Assembly (NCBI GenBank): GCA_965644495.1
Contig: CBFFSA010000003.1
Coordinates: 186,001 to 250,000 of the forward strand
DNA length: 64,000 nt
Direction of reading: 5' to 3'
Source of the DNA: Perkinsela sp. CCAP 1560/9
Lineage: Eukaryota > Protista > Euglenozoa: Kinetoplastea
Position numbers and translations under genes: made by a program. Each line of letters begins with the position of its first letter. The stretch's first letter is position 1. The notes under the pieces were generated by a model. The model was given only the letters and a program-made list of their open reading frames with translations, did no database searches and had not been told where the DNA came from. Of this stretch, positions 10,480 through 22,065 are shown in pieces.

Positions 10480-11200
10480 TCTTGCAAGACCCAAAGTTCA
10501 TTAAAGCTGATGACACAATTAATTTAATGGACAAGTTTGATACTCGCACAACGTATTTCATCAAGGAGCGAGAGAAAGGACGTGCACGTTGCCCTGTTAT
10601 GACCACCCCGGGTTCCCGTGCTGCATATATGACTTGTGAACGATTCTTTTGTGCTGCAACTAACCACACTGCATATTCCTACTACATTGGGCGAAGTGAC
10701 CCACCTTATTTAGGGGCATTATTGACGAAACGACTTCACCCGACGGGGACGCCCTACAAAACAGGCAAATATCTGTACGAGTAAGGACCACCCCTTACCT
10801 CCTTGCCTCCCTCAATGAGGGAGCTACTTTCTAAGCCCGGAGCCCCGGCAGGGCGCCACCCATCTTATCGCCCCATCGCGATGTGGGAGTGTTTCCTCAA
10901 GGTGGCAGGACGACTTGCCCTGGAGAAACTGAGAGAATACGCCTGCCTCCTTTTCTCCAACGGCTGCAACTCGGAACTCAATACACCCAAGGGTGTGAAC
11001 ACACCATCTGTAGTGTCCGACATCACTTTAGGGTCAAGCCGGATGAAGTCATAGTGGCAGCTGATTTCGAGAATGCCTTCAACAGCATCTCGAGGTCAGC
11101 CATATTCAGGGCCCTAAAGGGAGACCCGAAGCTACTTTCCCTCGAGAGTATTACTTTCTTCCTCTCATGGAGTTCTACAAATATATTTTATAGCAAAGAT
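10480..11200 (+). pseudogene. Degenerate CRE-like non-LTR retrotransposon reverse-transcriptase fragment
   Basis: YRPIAMWECFLKVAGR, QLGT...GCEH and ADFENAFNSISR spread across frameshifts. Confidence 0.75.
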
Positions 11201-11280
11201 GTAAATTTATATTTTGTCCCCCCCTAGTCCTTTGTCACTACTTCTTTTCGTACGGTGTAATACACTGTATGCGCTAAATT

Positions 11281-11359
11281 TCAGAGTGGAAGATTCACGT
11301 TTTTCATCATACTGCTATACCTTGGTACAGAAACACGGACCAATGATGTTCTTCATCAG
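11281..11359 (-). ncRNA. Box C/D snoRNA, U18/SNORD18-like, copy 1
   Basis: Minus strand: box C TGATGA, guide TTGGTCCGTGTTTC, D' variant CTGT, C' ATGATGA, D CTGA; ~79 nt. Confidence 0.75.
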
Positions 11360-11526
11360 GTAGAGCAAGAATTATTGTCCAGGTGGAAGCTACTAGAATA
11401 ATGTTAGTCCTGGGGACATTTTCGTTTCCTACGCGTTTTAAAGGAAATGATAAGATGATACTTGCAAACTATCTATTTCGCGCTAGGTATGTATGTCTAT
11501 ATATCTACGCGCTAGGTGTGTAAATT

Positions 11527-11606
11527 TCAGAAAAGTGAAAGTTTCACGCTTTTCATCATACTGCTATTTTAATGCAGAAACACGGACCAATGACGTTCTT
11601 CATCAG
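11527..11606 (-). ncRNA. Box C/D snoRNA, U18/SNORD18-like, copy 2
   Basis: TGATGAagaacgtcaTTGGTCCGTGTTTCtgc...ATGATGA...CTGA; the guide is antisense to conserved LSU rRNA GAAACACGGACCAA. Confidence 0.8.
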
Positions 11607-11796
11607 GTAGAATAAGAATTATTGTCCAGGTGGAGACTACGAGAATAATGTTAGTCCTGAGAAAATTTCGTTCCACAAAAGCCTAAGCACTCTAAAGGAA
11701 AAGATAAGATAATACTTTCGTTTCCTACGCGCTCTAAAGGAAATGATAAGATGATACTTGCAACTATCTACTTCATATGCGCTAGGTGTGTAAATT

Positions 11797-11876
11797 TCAG
11801 AAAAGTGAAAGTTTCACGCTTTTCATCATACTGCTCTTTTAATGCAGAAACACGGACCAATGACGTTCTTCATCAG
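11797..11876 (-). ncRNA. Box C/D snoRNA, U18/SNORD18-like, copy 3
   Basis: Near-identical to copy 2. Confidence 0.8.
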
Positions 11877-12010
11877 GTAGAATACTGTGAGGAGTAAAAG
11901 ATCTATAGTGCAGTGAAACACTGTACTCCCCCTCTCATTAATTTTTAATAATATAAATTATAACAAAAATGAAAATTTATACTATCCCCCCTATTTAATA
12001 GGGCTACGTG

Positions 12011-12968
12011 TCACCCCCCCCTATAATAGGGCCATTTTTGTCTGGAAGGCCAAAAAAGATTGGTAATAATAATAAATGCCGGTAAGGTGGAATCTCCCAG
12101 TTTTGTTCGGATTTCTGTTAATACCCCCTTGAAACCCTGAGTCCATTTTTTAGAAGACTCTGCATCTTGAAAATACGACGCTGCACGATGATCTTGTATG
12201 ATGCGCTTGTTATGTTCTTTGTGAGGAACTTTGGCATGCACACCATCCGTCACCCCCCTCCACAAGAAATGCGCGCGGTGAAGTACACCATCAGCAGATA
12301 CAAGTATTGTTGATGTAAATCCGAGACGCGTCCCTGCAAGCTGTATTGGCTTTCCCTTTGATGCACGTACCCATGTCCATTCGCGGTTTGTTTCATCCAG
12401 CTTACAGAAAAATTCATCCATGTTAAATACGAGTTCTGGGAGAATGTGGGAATTTTATCTCATCATAAAAGGACAAACCAGCCTTCTTCACTGCAGGAGG
12501 GGAAACCCATGTCTCTGCCGACGCGGCGAGCGTGATTATGGCCCGGAGCGTTATCCATGATCACTGTTGCCGCTGGTTTACGCTTTAACCAGTTGTAGAA
12601 ACCATTTCGTTTTGTCATGGCAGAGAGAAACGTTTCATTAGTGACCGTCTCATTCTCCGCAAACTCATGAAAACAGTGAACCTTGGGAACCCCCCATTTT
12701 CTTCATCTACAATAGATTCTAACATTATTCGAAACTCTTCATTATCAATCGCATTCTTACGTATGTATTTTATACGTTCTAACCCTCCTGTCTCCCGGTG
12801 GCGTTTAACCCATCGAGAGACAGTTGCTTCACTGCATTTCATAAGAGCAGCAGTGTCTGTAATCGAACGTCCCTGGTTTTGTACCTCATGGACGCAAATT
12901 ACACGTGTTTCATGAGTGATTTGTTGCGTCGAGAGGGTGCGCCTCTGGCGGCGAAGTGTTTTCGGCAT
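12011..12968 (-). pseudogene. Decayed pogo/Tc1-superfamily transposase
   Basis: N-terminal HTH (SITDTAALMKCSEATVSRWVKR), WFYNWLKR and VFNMDEFF, followed by a DDE_1-like segment; frameshifted. Confidence 0.6.
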
Positions 12969-13703
12969 AAAAGATGTGTTAGAAAGAGTTAAGTGGTATT
13001 TTATTCATAGATTAATGCGCTAAAATGATAAAAAATGATAAAAATCCGATTTTTTGCAGAATTTTCGGGTAAAAAATTCAGTAAAATTTTATCATGACGT
13101 CATATCAGCTTCAGGAGCGGCAACAATGGTGCCAGTAGTCTTAAAATTTCGAGATCTGTTGAATGCCGAAGGAATTAGGTCAAAAGCTCGCGCGGTACAA
13201 ATTTTAGACCCCCCACCTTTTTCGTGACCCCCCCTGTAAAGAAGTACTGCTCTATTTGCGACAGAGAGACGTTGTTCAGCGTTCGCTCCAATTCTTCCTG
13301 TCTGGATTGCTCTTCACGAGGTGATAGTATAACATTATTTTTAGAAGCCTGCCAACATTGTGCTGAAAATTGTGTCCCTGTTGGGAAGAATCTACAATGT
13401 ATGCTCACAGTGCCATGGCGCGCAAAGTCCGGAGACATTTGCACCACCATTAGTGGCCAAACTAAGTGAACGTGGGCTTGACATTGATAGAGTCAAGCGC
13501 GTTTGTTGTTCTTATGTCGGGTGGAACATTTGTGGCTGCACCATGTCGTTCTCCCAGGTGGCGCATATAAATTTATTAAATTAAATTTATTATGCATCAT
13601 AAAAAATTCTGCTAAGGCTGGGCCCCGCAAGACGTATCTTCGATCAGCCGAGGCAGTTGCTTTTTGGTTGGGACACGCTCTTCAAGGAAACAGTGCGCGA
13701 GAT

Positions 13704-15127
13704 GGCGGATTGTCAACACCAACGCACCACTTTTTTTCCCAAAAAATAATTTTCTTGTCATTTCCAGTGGACCACTTTTTCTTAAAAACTGTATTCTCAT
13801 TTCCAATGCACCATCAATTATTTAAAGAAGAATTATTTTATAATATCCTTCGGATCTACACTACAAATGCGCCGTTATTCAAGACTCAGTCATTACGATC
13901 GTAATCGTATTCAATCACTCTTTACATCTGGCGAGAGTCGGCGAAGCATAGCTCGCATAATTGGCAAAAGTCACAGCACTGTTTGTCGCGAGTTGGCGCG
14001 TAATGCAAGAAGGGGTCAGCGCTATGAGGGGACGAGGGCACAGCGCATTTCGAAAAGACGCCTCTCGTGTAAAAAGGTCAAGCCTCACAAGATACAAGGC
14101 CTTTTGGAAGAGGAAGTCAGCTCTCGACTTCAAAAGAAGCACAGCCCGGAACAGATTGCAAATACGATCCGTAGCTGTCGTACCGCCTCGACTTCTACCA
14201 TATATCGCCATATTCGTCGCAACGCGTCCTTAGGCGGCAAGTTGTACACCCATTTGCGGATCCGGCGAAAGAGGCCATACCGTCGTCGCACCAGACCTGA
14301 TCGCAGCGCGATTCCCAACCGAACGCCACTTGAAAATCGACCAGAAATTGCTAATAAGCGTCGGCGCTACGGCGATTGGGAAGCAGACTTGGTCGAGGGT
14401 CGAGGACATACCGGATATATTCTTACCCTGTGCGAGCGTAAGAGTCGCTTCCTTGTTCTTCGCAAGTTGGAATCTAAGCACGCGAAGGGGGTAAGCAAAC
14501 AAATTGTAGACGGGTTAAAGAATTACAAGGTTCAAACAATCACATACGACAACGGAACAGAATTCTGGCACCATGAAGAAGTAAACAAAAAATTAAAATG
14601 CAAGTCTTTCTTTTGCGCTCCATATCATTCGTGGGAGAAAGGGTCTGTGGAACATGCAAACGGTTTGATCCGACAATTCCATCAGAAAACCGAATCTTTT
14701 GAGAATTTGAACCAAAGTGAATTAAACAAAACAGCATTGGAATTGAACACTCGTCCTCGGAAATTATTAAATTATCGTTCTCCAATGGATTTTGTGAATG
14801 AACTGCGTAAGTAAAAGAAGCTAAGTAAGCAAAGGTACGTGAGAAAGCTTGTAAAGTTAGTCTGTTAGTGTTGGAAATTTAATGACATTAAATTTAAGCA
14901 TTTTGTAAAGGTGAAGAAATTCTTGTCTAATAAAGTTTCTTACTCAGATCTTACACTTGTATTACACTTTCTTTAAATACTCTGGATAAGTTTTTATGTT
15001 GAAAGGAAAAAGGAACGATGTTCAACTATGGTGAGGCGCAGAAAAAAGGAATGACGGTCGACTATGGTGAAAAAAGTGGTGCGCTGGAGTTGACAATGGG
15101 GTGGTGCACTGGAGTTGAACATCCGGG
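13704..15127 (+). mobile_element. Complete IS30-family insertion sequence
   Basis: Left IR ggcggattgtcaacaccaacgcacc; right IR ggtgcactggagttgaacatccggg, plus an inner copy at ~15070-15097; 3-bp TSD GAT at 13701-13703 and 15128-15130. Confidence 0.9.
13867..14814 (+). CDS. IS30-family DD33E transposase, intact
   Basis: HTH SRRSIARIIGKSHSTVCRELARN; SPEQIA; TIYRHI; GDWEADLV; TITYDNGTEF; WEKGSVEHANGLIRQF; LNTRPRKLLNYRSP. Confidence 0.95.
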   Translation: MRRYSRLSHYDRNRIQSLFTSGESRRSIARIIGKSHSTVCRELARNARRGQRYEGTRAQRISKRRLSCKKVKPHKIQGLLEEEVSSRLQKKHSPEQIANTIRSCRTASTSTIYRHIRRNASLGGKLYTHLRIRRKRPYRRRTRPDRSAIPNRTPLENRPEIANKRRRYGDWEADLVEGRGHTGYILTLCERKSRFLVLRKLESKHAKGVSKQIVDGLKNYKVQTITYDNGTEFWHHEEVNKKLKCKSFFCAPYHSWEKGSVEHANGLIRQFHQKTESFENLNQSELNKTALELNTRPRKLLNYRSPMDFVNELRK

Positions 15128-15931
15128 GATCTTTCAAAAACATTGCGTCGAATTTGGGAGTCCTATCGAGGACGTGAATCTGAGCTTCGAAAGGAGCAGC
15201 GCGATGCCCTTGTAAAGAAAGTTGAAGAACGCTTGGTTGATAAAATTGATGATTTTAAGATTGTTCGAGAAAAAGTTCACCGCGCTCAATCTTTGATCGA
15301 AGATTCTTCACTATCTGTCGAAGAACTTTTTCAACATCTTAAAGATAAGAAAGTTTTGCGAGAAGAAAAAGAGGTTCTTCTGCGGCACGTTAAGCGTCCC
15401 CAACCCCAACCACTTGCAGAAGGAAAGAAGGAAGAAAAGAAAGGTCGGACACGTATTATTAAGGGAGCACTAAGTCAGAATACATTGAAGTTCTCAGTTT
15501 CCTTGAATTAAGTGAAGTCTTTAAGGTGACGAAAGTTTTATGGAGTTGACCTTATACACGCATGTTCTGTGTTTGTAGCCTAAGTATGTAGATCTGGTAG
15601 GAAAGAATGTTTTTTCGTCGAAACGGAAAATCATATTTCTTTCAATATTTTTTGAGAATGCCTTCTGAACTAATTGTGTTCGGTCTTACAGATGCCACTC
15701 TAACCTACCTTGAGCGCCTCGGGTTTGACAAAGAAGAAATTTTTGCGTCATTTCTTTTCTTGCGGACCGGCGGGAATTATGTAACTGTTTCCGATCATCT
15801 AACAGCAAAATTTAAGCGCGGGTGGAGCGAGAAGTCATGTGCAACCAAAATTCCGGAGTTTTTTCAATCGTTATATAAGGATCTACGTCAAAACTGGCTT
15901 GAACCGCGCAATGACATTCTCTTTGACAACT

Positions 15932-16435
15932 CTAATGGAACGGACGGTTTTTTAAGCGACGATGTACGTATGGTGGTTGACACAGTTCCACTTTATGTAG
16001 ATGCTCTAGATGATTGCTAGAAAGAAGTTCAGACCGATCTCTACCCAATATCCCTCGAGCCATGCTTGCAACCAAGGATGCATCAACAGGTTTGTTTAAC
16101 ACATTGTACATCTTAATGCCATCTAAAACATCATTCTTTTCTGCATCCGTAAGCATATCTTTTCGGCCACGCTTGCCGGAAGGAGCATGGTCCTTCAAAG
16201 CATAGGCACTTCGTTCAGACATTTTCTTACCGTGCGTTTGATTCCAAATCTGCATGCTAGTCAAAACGGAACAACTCTCACAAAGTGCTTGGAATTCACG
16301 TACTTCTTCATCACTCCACGTATTTCTCTTTGCTTTGCGCGATGAGCGTTTAGCCTCAAGTTCCTCCACAAGATCTGCCACATGCCGTGATACGTAAAAA
16401 TTGTTTGAGGCAAGCGTCGACTGCGACGGGGCCAT
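15932..16435 (-). pseudogene. Probable pogo-like transposase N-terminal (DNA-binding) fragment
   Basis: KRGRKDMLTDAEK...VDASLVASMARGIL resembles the CENP-B/pogo second HTH; no catalytic domain. Confidence 0.4.
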
Positions 16436-16781
16436 AGCAGGAAAAAGGAATCAAAAATGAAGAGTTTCTCCACAAAAAATAAAAAAATTAATTATTGCAC
16501 TAATTAAATGTGCAATGATTTTTCACCGCAGTAATTATGGATCGGACGGTACCTGTATGCGCTTTGATTTCATTAGATATTTCTTCACTCTGCCATGGTA
16601 ATGCATCTACAAAGGCCAAAATTTACCTGGAAGTGTGTGACACGCGAGGCCTTAGAGGAAGGTGGAGGCGCAAGGCAAAAAGGCAGAAGGCGTAGACTTC
16701 TGACTTTTTGCCGCGGCGACGACGACTTCCTCGCGTGGGAAGCTGTAAGAGGTCCTATGGAGCATGTTTCGATGGCTATGT

Positions 16782-16973
16782 AACCCAGGCTAAAGTGGAC
16801 GAGCGAGATACTAAAGGCACATTTGGCAAACTACCACAAAACTGGATCAGTATCTCCCGCTAAATTCTTGGGTCACATCAGAATGCTTAACAAACCGGGG
16901 GATACCGTTCCAGTTTTGTGGTAGTTTGCCAAATGTGCCTTTACTATCTCCCTCGTCCACTTTAGCCTGGGTT
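16782..16973. mobile_element. MITE / foldback element with ~70-bp terminal inverted repeats
   Basis: aacccaggctaaagtggacgag...ctcgtccactttagcctgggtt arms around a ~45-bp loop. Confidence 0.85.
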
Positions 16974-17704
16974 TATTTATAAAAATTAATGAGAGAGGGT
17001 AGGTGGAAGGACGTGATACAGCACTTTAGCTGATAGGATGAACCAATTTGTTTCGCTGTAAGGATAGATTGCGGGTAAACAAAGACGATAATTATGAGAT
17101 GTTAACGATAAATATTTGCTTAAGCGCCCATAGAGTAATGAACGGAGGGCTAAGGTACAAAAGGCAGATCTTCACTTTCTGGAGAAAATTCTTCCTGTCC
17201 CTTCGTCTCCACAAACGTGATTATACGCCGATTTCTACGAATTTCTTCTTGATCAGCGATGCGCTGCGGGAAAAAATAAAAGCCAAGCCCCTTGTCCGAA
17301 GTGGAGTTCAAAAGTTTCGAGGACATAGAAATAATGTACTTCAGAAAAATTTGAAAGGGTATGACTCAGAACGAAATTATAAATTTTTGCAGAAATATAA
17401 ATCTTTGCAAAAAAATACCAAAGGTCATTTATTAAAATTAATGAGAGGGGGAATAGTTCAGTTTTTTTATCGTAAATTGCTATACAAGTAATATCTACTA
17501 ATACTAAGTAATACAGTTTATCTTGGCGTATTGATGCACTTCTTAAATCGAAAGGATATCGCGATCAAAAAGCCTAAATGTACGCCTTGCAAAACATCAA
17601 GAGTAAAACATGCTCCTTTGAACCATTTATCTTTAAAAAAAATTACGAAATTTTCTTTTTGGGTCATTTTTTTTATCAGGGCCCACGGCTCATAGAAGAG
17701 GGAG

Positions 17705-17960
17705 CCGGGAACTGGCACGCGGACTTCGAAATGATACGTACAGTGCCAGGCGCGCTGAACGAGCAGCGAAGAAGTCCATGCTGAAACGCCAGCCGCGCCC
17801 ATGCATGATTAAAGGAGAGATTAAAGACAAAGTCGTGTCTCTCCTACGCAGGTGCTTTAGCCCCCAGCAAATTACAGTAGTTTTGCGCAAAGAAGATGGT
17901 ATTAAAGTATCCCGAACGTCAATATACGGGTTTATTAAGCGGGATGATGGTCAACATGGG
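17705..17960 (+). pseudogene. IS30-like transposase fragment (same lineage as the 25752 copy)
   Basis: SRELARG...IKGEIKDKVVSLLRRCFSPQQITVVLRKEDGIKVSRTSIYGFIKRD. Confidence 0.8.
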
Positions 17961-18782
17961 AACTTGGAGAGTTTGAAAACAATTTTCCTAGCTCATCTTT
18001 TCTCTCCCGGAAACGGGCGTATTTTTACTATGTTAATGCCCGTTTCCGGATGGCGCTAGGAGAGGAACTGTCCCTCTTGTCGCAAAGTAGGGGTGCGCCT
18101 CCCTTCCCTCATCTCCCACCACCCCGCTCGGAACACGGTTCCGAGTCCCCATGCGCTGCAGGACCCTTCTACCATACCTTTTGTGGGTCCGTGGGTCCGG
18201 ACCCACGACCAGGGTCCGGACCCACGTAACAGCCGTAATACACTCAATATTACACTTAATATTGTATACACTCAAATCTTAATGCCGGTTATTTATAAAA
18301 CTTTATCAAAAACTTTTGGGATATATGCTAATTCGCCAGCGATGTTGGTTTTGGAATCATACATGTACCATATGTACTGTATTCTTTAATTCTTTTATTA
18401 CTTGAAGCTTTGAAACCTATTTCTTAGCCAAATCTTATTTGATGGAACATTCTTCGCTTCGTCCGACGAACATTGACTCAAGTCAAGACCTACCGCCGGA
18501 TCCACGTCGGAGACGATTGTCCGGGCGAAAATTCATGACGGAAGATGCCTTCCCACAATACCTCTCTCTCGTGCGATGTGCATCAGATTGTATGTACTCT
18601 CACGAAGGCATACCGTTAAATACCAACGGCTTTGAGCAGCACTACGAGTGCAATCATTGCAAATGGTCCTCGCACGGCAAGTATAAAAATCATTGTCTGG
18701 AGCATCGTCGTGCTTGTCTGGATAAAATTTCTTCGGAGCGAACTTCGGATCTCTGCGACCATGTGTGGATTGTCATACTCAG

Positions 18783-19175
18783 AGGGTTGAAACCTTCCCA
18801 GGCGCTCCCAGTGAAAACCTATGGAGTCTGCACTTGGAGATTTTGAAAGGGTGGGTGAGATTTCAGCTCAAGGTCGTAAATTTGGGAAAGTAGTAAATGA
18901 GGTCGTTGCTCCACTGGGCAGGATACATGTCCTGTAAGGTCAACGACCCATTATCTCGGCGCATGAAACGCTCCAATGCTTGCCCCTTTAGGCAAAATTT
19001 AGTATACCGTACCCACTTAGTATACCTACTAGGTATCCTGGAACATGGTATATTTTGCTTTTAAGTGACGAATGTAAGTTATAAGACGTGAGTAGGGAGA
19101 ATAACATCTGCAAAAAGTATATGCATTTTAGAGAAAAAAGTACGCTCCCAGGCGCTCCCATCCAGTTTTAACCCT
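18783..19175. mobile_element. MITE inserted inside an IS30 inverted repeat
   Basis: TIRs agggttgaaac / gttttaaccct; 5-bp TSD CTCAG. Confidence 0.7.
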
Positions 19176-19629
19176 CTCAGTGCAACAAAAACGAGAAAAA
19201 TATGGGTGTGTTCCGGATGTCAGGATTTTCGCATACTCAGTGCAACGCTGTTTTTTCGGTCGGACAGCACCACGAACGGACGCGGGATTGTATGAGACAT
19301 GTTAAGAAAGAAACAATCGATTAAGATAAAAATGGATTAAGATAAAAAATTATATAAGGAGAAGAAAAAAGGAGTACCTGGATAATCGATATTGACGGAA
19401 CAACATAACGCGTTTCTTTAGTAAAGAGATGAACTTTTCGCCTTTACTGCTTTACAACTTACGGCTATACAACTTACTGCTTTCATGTATACCGTATACC
19501 CCCCCCCCCCCAGTAATAGAATGGGTTTTGGGCCAAAATGGCCAAATCTCTGTTACTGGGGGGTGTATGCTTTTTTGGGGGAGTAACTTCAGGACACTGG
19601 TCCGGACATGGAATTTTGTCACCATGGTA

Positions 19630-19955
19630 CTCCCCCTCTCATTAATAATTATAATTATAATCTATAAACCTTTTTAGTTTATAATTATAATTATAGTTTA
19701 TAATTATTAATGAGATTCGATAAGTGATTTTTTCTTACTATGGACTTCAATTTCTTGATTTTCGAGACACTACGTTCAACTTGGAAGCAATTTTTAGTGC
19801 AAAGTATGTGGTACAGGTGTCTTTGTAGATAAAAAATGATGAATTTGAGGTTTATAATTATAAAAGTGAGACTCAGAATTATAATCTCATTAAATTTCTA
19901 TAAACGATCCCTTTAATGATTTTTGGAGGTTTATAATTATTAATGAGAGGGGGAG
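19630..19955. mobile_element. AT-rich MITE nested in the pogo element
   Basis: TIR ctccccctctcattaataattataa and its reverse complement, TA flanks; related ends at ~11926 and ~17435-17455. Confidence 0.85.
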
Positions 19956-20651
19956 TACTATTTTTTCGAAGAAAAAAAAATTCTTTTTCACTCAGTTGTA
20001 TTCCTTATTAATGATTTTCTACTATCAATAGTAAAAAATTTTCTTGTCAAATTTTCCTGAGTTGCATGGTGCAAACTATTTGCTCCTGCTGGAAGGGTAG
20101 ACCCCCAGCCCCTTCGCCTCTTCTCCATCCCGTCTACTTCTCTCCCTCCCCTTCTTTGCCTTCGCCTTCCGTCTCTTCTTCTCTATCTCCATCCTCTTGT
20201 CCCGTCTCCTCCTCTCTCTCCCCTTCTTCACCTTCGCCTTCCGTCTTTCCTCCTTTATGTTCTTTGCCTTCGCCTTCCGTCTCTCCCTCTCTTTCCCCCC
20301 TTGTCCCAGACTCCTCTTCTCTCTCCCCTTCTGCACCCCCTGTCCCAGACCCCTCTTCTCTCTCCCCTTCCTCTCCCCTCCCGTCTCACGCTCCACGCCA
20401 TACGTTGGATGCGTACTGGGCTAAGAGATCACGGAGTATGGAGAGGGAGGTGATCCCAAGGGCTAGTGGGCCCGTAAGTAGTTCAGTATTGGGTTTTGGA
20501 GCGAAAGTATTGTGTGTTCAAGAGGGGATTGTTAGGAGAGGGGGGCATGTTGAAGAACATATAAAACGCAGGATGTATTTTCATACCAGTTTATCAGTCA
20601 AATATTCCTGGTTTTGATTTCCCTTGTTTATCTACCTCTGTAGAAGAGAAA

Positions 20652-22065
20652 ATGAAAAAAAGACAGGAAGATGAAGAAAGCGTTATTGTGGACATAGAGG
20701 CAACAACACAAGTTGCTTCTTCTGAATCAATAATCGCGAGGAAACAATATACTTATAATGAAAAATTAGATAAAGTGAGACGATACATGGCAGCCCCCTG
20801 GGGGCAAAGAGATAAGCTTGTGAAGGCAAGTGGGGTAAAGTACGGAACAACGGCAAGTTGGATGGCAAATTATGAAGATATAAAGAAGGCTGTACAACGA
20901 GGATTTGGCACCCTTACAAAGTTAATGCCACTCGTAAAATACAAGGAGCTTTTTGAACAAGCCTACAAATACTATTGTACCGCACGTGAAATGTTTTCTG
21001 CAGTTCCTATGTATCACATACGATTGTACTGCATGCAAAACAGCGAAGAATTTTCAAAATTAAAAGTAAAAGATCAGTATTTTAGGATCGGGGAATTTGA
21101 AATGCATTACGGGTTATCTGCTAGGCGTCGTACAGGCTTAACCCAACTTTTACCTTCTAATTTTCAAGAGAGACATGAGGCTCATTTTCGAGTTGTAGAA
21201 AATTCTTTAAAAGACGAGTGTTTCCCTGAATTTATTATTCTTTTGGATGAGACGGGTGTTTTATGGAACCCTGCTCCTACAACAACTTTAGCTCCAAAGG
21301 GTTCGAAATGTGTTCCTATTAGAATAAAATACGAGAAAAAACAGTCAACTTGTCTTTTGTGGGTTTCAGAATGTATTAAAAGAAATGAAAAAGGTTACGA
21401 AATATTCAATGCAAAATATGAGAATCCTTATATTATTTTTGAAGGAAAAAAGGAGTGCCAAAGATCTAATTCAGTGGAGAGTAAGGTAAGGAAGGCTGTT
21501 GAACAGAAGCCTACGTACGCAGAGGTTAATCAAACGGGGTTTAAAATTCGTTGAAAAAATTCCCAATTGTTATAACAAGAGGGCGTGGCTTATTATGGAC
21601 AGATTTTCAGCCCACCGCACAGAAACAGTTGAAAACGCAATAAGTAATAAGGGATATAAAATTTTTTATATTCCTCCTGGTTGTACTTCTATTCTGCAAT
21701 TTCAGGATGTTTATGTGAACAAACCATTCAAAGATCGTATTAGAAACTTTTACACCAAGCATTGTATTGAGAAAAATAATAATGTAACGAGAGAGCTTGT
21801 TGTTCAATGGGTAGTGGACGCCCAAGCATCATTAAAATTACAAATGATAGAAAGTGGAATAAAAAAGCTTGTATTAAGAAATTTTGTAGGAGTTGGAGAA
21901 GAAACAAATGTCAACCAAGGGACAGACGCGGATCTTCCGACGGAAGTGCAAGTGGCGCTTTTAGAAGATGAGCCGCAGGATCTGTCCTTGGTTGCCGTTG
22001 CAATATCTTTTGCCGAGGCAGTCCAGCCTGAAGAACATGGCTATGAAAATATAGAAAGTGATTAG
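20652..22065 (+). pseudogene. pogo DD35D (DDE_1) transposase with one frameshift near 21530
   Basis: LLDETGV; LIMDRFSAH...IPPGCTSILQFQDVYVNKPFK. Confidence 0.88.

Larger units (their letters stand above)
11270..11885. repeat. Tandem array of ~250-270-bp units (snoRNA cluster)
   Basis: Units restart near 11272, 11510 and 11780 with near-identical sequence; the third unit is partial. Confidence 0.9.
13590..15511 (+). pseudogene. Unknown ORF interrupted by the IS30 insertion
   Basis: Removing the IS and one GAT rejoins ...HALQGNSARD|LSKTLRRIWESY... in frame. Confidence 0.6.

Noticed and set aside
11323-11345. rRNA gene fragment (GAAACACGGACCAA)
   Set aside because: Only 14 nt match, and they sit between C/D boxes on the opposite strand, so this is a snoRNA guide
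13704-15127. Bacterial contamination as the source of IS30
   Set aside because: TSD within a local ORF, several diverged copies and reciprocal nesting with eukaryotic TEs; read-level confirmation is still needed
20066-20617. Pro/Ser-rich 183-aa ORF inside the pogo element
   Set aside because: Low-complexity CT-rich repeat with no recognisable domain
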